In this document: positions 62,343 through 64,000 of the stretch, in pieces
How positions within the stretch are numbered: position 1 is the stretch's first letter
How the letters are laid out: each line of letters begins with the position of its first letter
NCBI GenBank assembly: GCA_010909165.1
Contig: VJWM01000172.1
Location: 124,001-188,000 of the forward strand
Length of the DNA: 64,000 bases
Source of the DNA: Anthoceros angustus
Lineage: Eukaryota > Plantae > Anthocerotophyta
Direction of reading: 5' to 3'
Made by a program: the position numbers and the translations under genes
Notes under the pieces: model-generated
The model's database searches: none
What the model saw: the letters and a program-made list of their open reading frames with translations, nothing else
Told to the model about the DNA's origin: nothing

Positions 62343-64000
62343 GGATGGTGTGCTCATCTGTTGTCGGAGAAGAACCTTGTGCTTTCATAACAGCAGATAA
62401 GGATAAGGTGCCTGTCTGATTTGATAAGGGTCATGCTCGTTTTTCGATCCTCTCCTTCTCTGAAGGTGTGTGTTCTGATGGGGGATTGGCTGTAACAGGT
62501 TGCCGCCTCGAACAGAGAGTCAGAGTGAAGTGGAAGGACACACAGTTCCTGGTGGTAGTGTGAGATGGCGTGCTAGAGGTAGAGGCAGAAGATGTTTGGT
62601 CCTTCATATCTATTTCGACAACCATTTTCCTGGAGGGATGGTCCGTAAGGAAATAGATGCGATTGGGTCTTGCTCAACTAGCCATGTTTGGCAAATCGTG
62701 GAGACTTATTGCTTGCTTATGAGACGAGCCTCTTGTTGTCAGTGACTGTTGTCCAGTTTGATGAATATGAATAAGGAACAGACTTCGTTCCTCAATTGGT
62801 TCTATTTGGCAAATCAATTTGGGAGCTTTGATCTCGTCTTCAATTCTGTGTACATCCAAGGCACTTTGAGCTGGGCACTGGGATTTGGAATACCAGCAGC
62901 CGCCATCAATCTGAGAGGTCTGGGAGGTTTTGTGTCATGCTTAATTCTGGTGTACATCCTAGACAATGTGAGCTGGGCATTGGGATTCGGAATACCACAA
63001 CGGCCATGTGAATTGTACTGTCTGACGTCATACAGACATCAGGAGGGGGCAGCCCTTTGACCAGGATTGCCCAGGTCATTGTTGTTGCGGTGAGAAAGTA
63101 GGGAGGTGTCTTCCGCTAAACTTTTGGATCAGGTGTGAGAAGATGAGTCATACAAGAGGAAAAGAAAACTTTACGTAAAAAATAGATTGGGAAAAATCCA
63201 CCCACCCCAAAAACAAAGGGAAAAAACCTAACATCCTTCGAAACCTCAGCGTGCAGTCTGCCCTTCACCTCCTCCACCCGAGTGTGTGTGAAGAGCTGCC
63301 CTTCACCTCCTCCACCCGAGTGTGTGTGAAGAGCTGCCATGTATGTCAATGGCAGGCTTGTCCATGAATCTGAAATGGAGCGAATGTGATCTGATTCCGT
63401 GAAAACTACTTGATCAACATAATAGCAACTGAGCAACAACACGAGCACAAGGAGGACAGACTTACCTGAACTGTAGGGTATGTTTCAAGCTTTCTGCGTG
63501 CCTGCTCGTCCTTTTATGATCGTGGGGGGCACTACTTTTATGATCGTGGGGGCTAGTCCGCTGGCATGGTGCCCTTGAGCTTGTGATGGGGACATTTGCC
63601 ATGGTGGCAGGATAGAAGACATCAGCCTCTTCTCTGACAAGCATTTGGAGTTATTCTCGCACCTCCAATCTCTTGGTTTCGCATCACCATGTCCAAGGAT
63701 CAGTACTCAGCATCAGTTCCAAAGACTGCATCGCTTTATGGGTTGGGTGAAAGTACTCGTCATGATGGCCTTCGACTTACTCCATGGCAGAACCTGCGTT
63801 GTGGGCTGTGCAGATAATGCCAGCTTATCCATAGAAATCGATATGCTTGGGGCTTTCCCCTTCTAGCTGGATGTAAGAGACCCATTGCGTCCTTCTCGTG
63901 AACAGCGATGCTACGAACACTACATACATATGGGAATGACTCCTTAACCTATCGGGTTATGGGAGGCGTCCTGGGCTTGTAATACTTCGCGGGCCCTTCC
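62343..64000 (+). pseudogene. NPF pseudogene, inversion type (inversion 63148-63519, containing an extra 38-bp duplication)
   Basis: Near-identical to 30918-32535. Confidence 0.75.

Larger units (their letters stand above)
9251..64000. repeat. Multi-gene tandem amplicon, basic unit ~5.57 kb (MIK / NPF pseudogene / coiled-coil ORF / 42-bp VNTR / PPR pseudogene); extends past the window end
   Basis: VNTR clusters at ~16872, 23278, 35600, 41197, 47095, 51563 and 58070. Five of the six spacings (about 6406, 5597, 5898, 4468, 6507) reduce to ~5570 after correcting for the internal duplications (834, 348, 2041 bp) and a ~1.1 kb deletion. The sixth (23278-35600) carries the longer ancestral forms plus extra segments. 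Confidence 0.95.

Noticed and set aside
9251-64000. Array as tandem Helitrons or Pack-MULEs carrying captured gene fragments
   Set aside because: No Rep/helicase or transposase, no TIR/TSD, and no convincing hairpin plus CTRR end (only a 5-bp stem acgct-ttg-agcgt ~35-45 bp before CTAG near 20235-20282). Genes appear in near full-length ancestral form. Not strictly excluded.
4546-64000. Resemblance to soybean Rhg1 (alpha-SNAP plus transporter in a ~31-kb repeat)
   Set aside because: The alpha-SNAP lies outside the amplicon and is single-copy here, and the transporter is an NPF pseudogene; the similar size is coincidence.
1-64000. tRNA, rRNA or snRNA genes
   Set aside because: None recognised by eye; a tRNAscan-SE/Infernal run would be needed to exclude them.

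Overview
Eukaryotic (land plant) nuclear DNA. GC-rich genes, ~80-260 bp introns and PLS-class PPR motifs suggest a non-seed plant (hornwort/lycophyte/fern-like); this is inference only. The window has three zones. (1) 1-5.4 kb: three single-copy genes: an OTU4-like deubiquitinase (-, 5 exons), a GDSL/SGNH-family gene whose catalytic Ser is replaced by Ala (+, 5 exons), and an intronless alpha-SNAP (-). (2) 5.4-9.25 kb: mostly AT-rich spacer with retroelement debris, including a LINE ORF1-like fragment. (3) 9.25 kb to beyond the window end: a multi-gene tandem amplicon with a basic unit of ~5.57 kb. The unit is [myo-inositol kinase MIK +] > [NPF/NRT1-PTR transporter pseudogene +] > [intronless ORF -, with transit-peptide-like N-terminus, heptad-repeat coiled coil and an unrecognised C-terminal domain] > [42-bp VNTR] > [PLS-PPR pseudogene +]. 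Only one MIK copy (29550-30617) and one coiled-coil copy (15994-16785) are uninterrupted. The array has been reshaped by at least seven nested tandem duplications with 7-10 bp junction microhomology, shared deletions, an inversion bounded by short inverted repeats, and an apparent ~31.4 kb higher-order repeat. Many 1-bp indels in the array look like unpolished long-read errors, so pseudogene status of individual copies is uncertain. The best novelty candidate is the amplified, apparently plastid-targeted coiled-coil gene.
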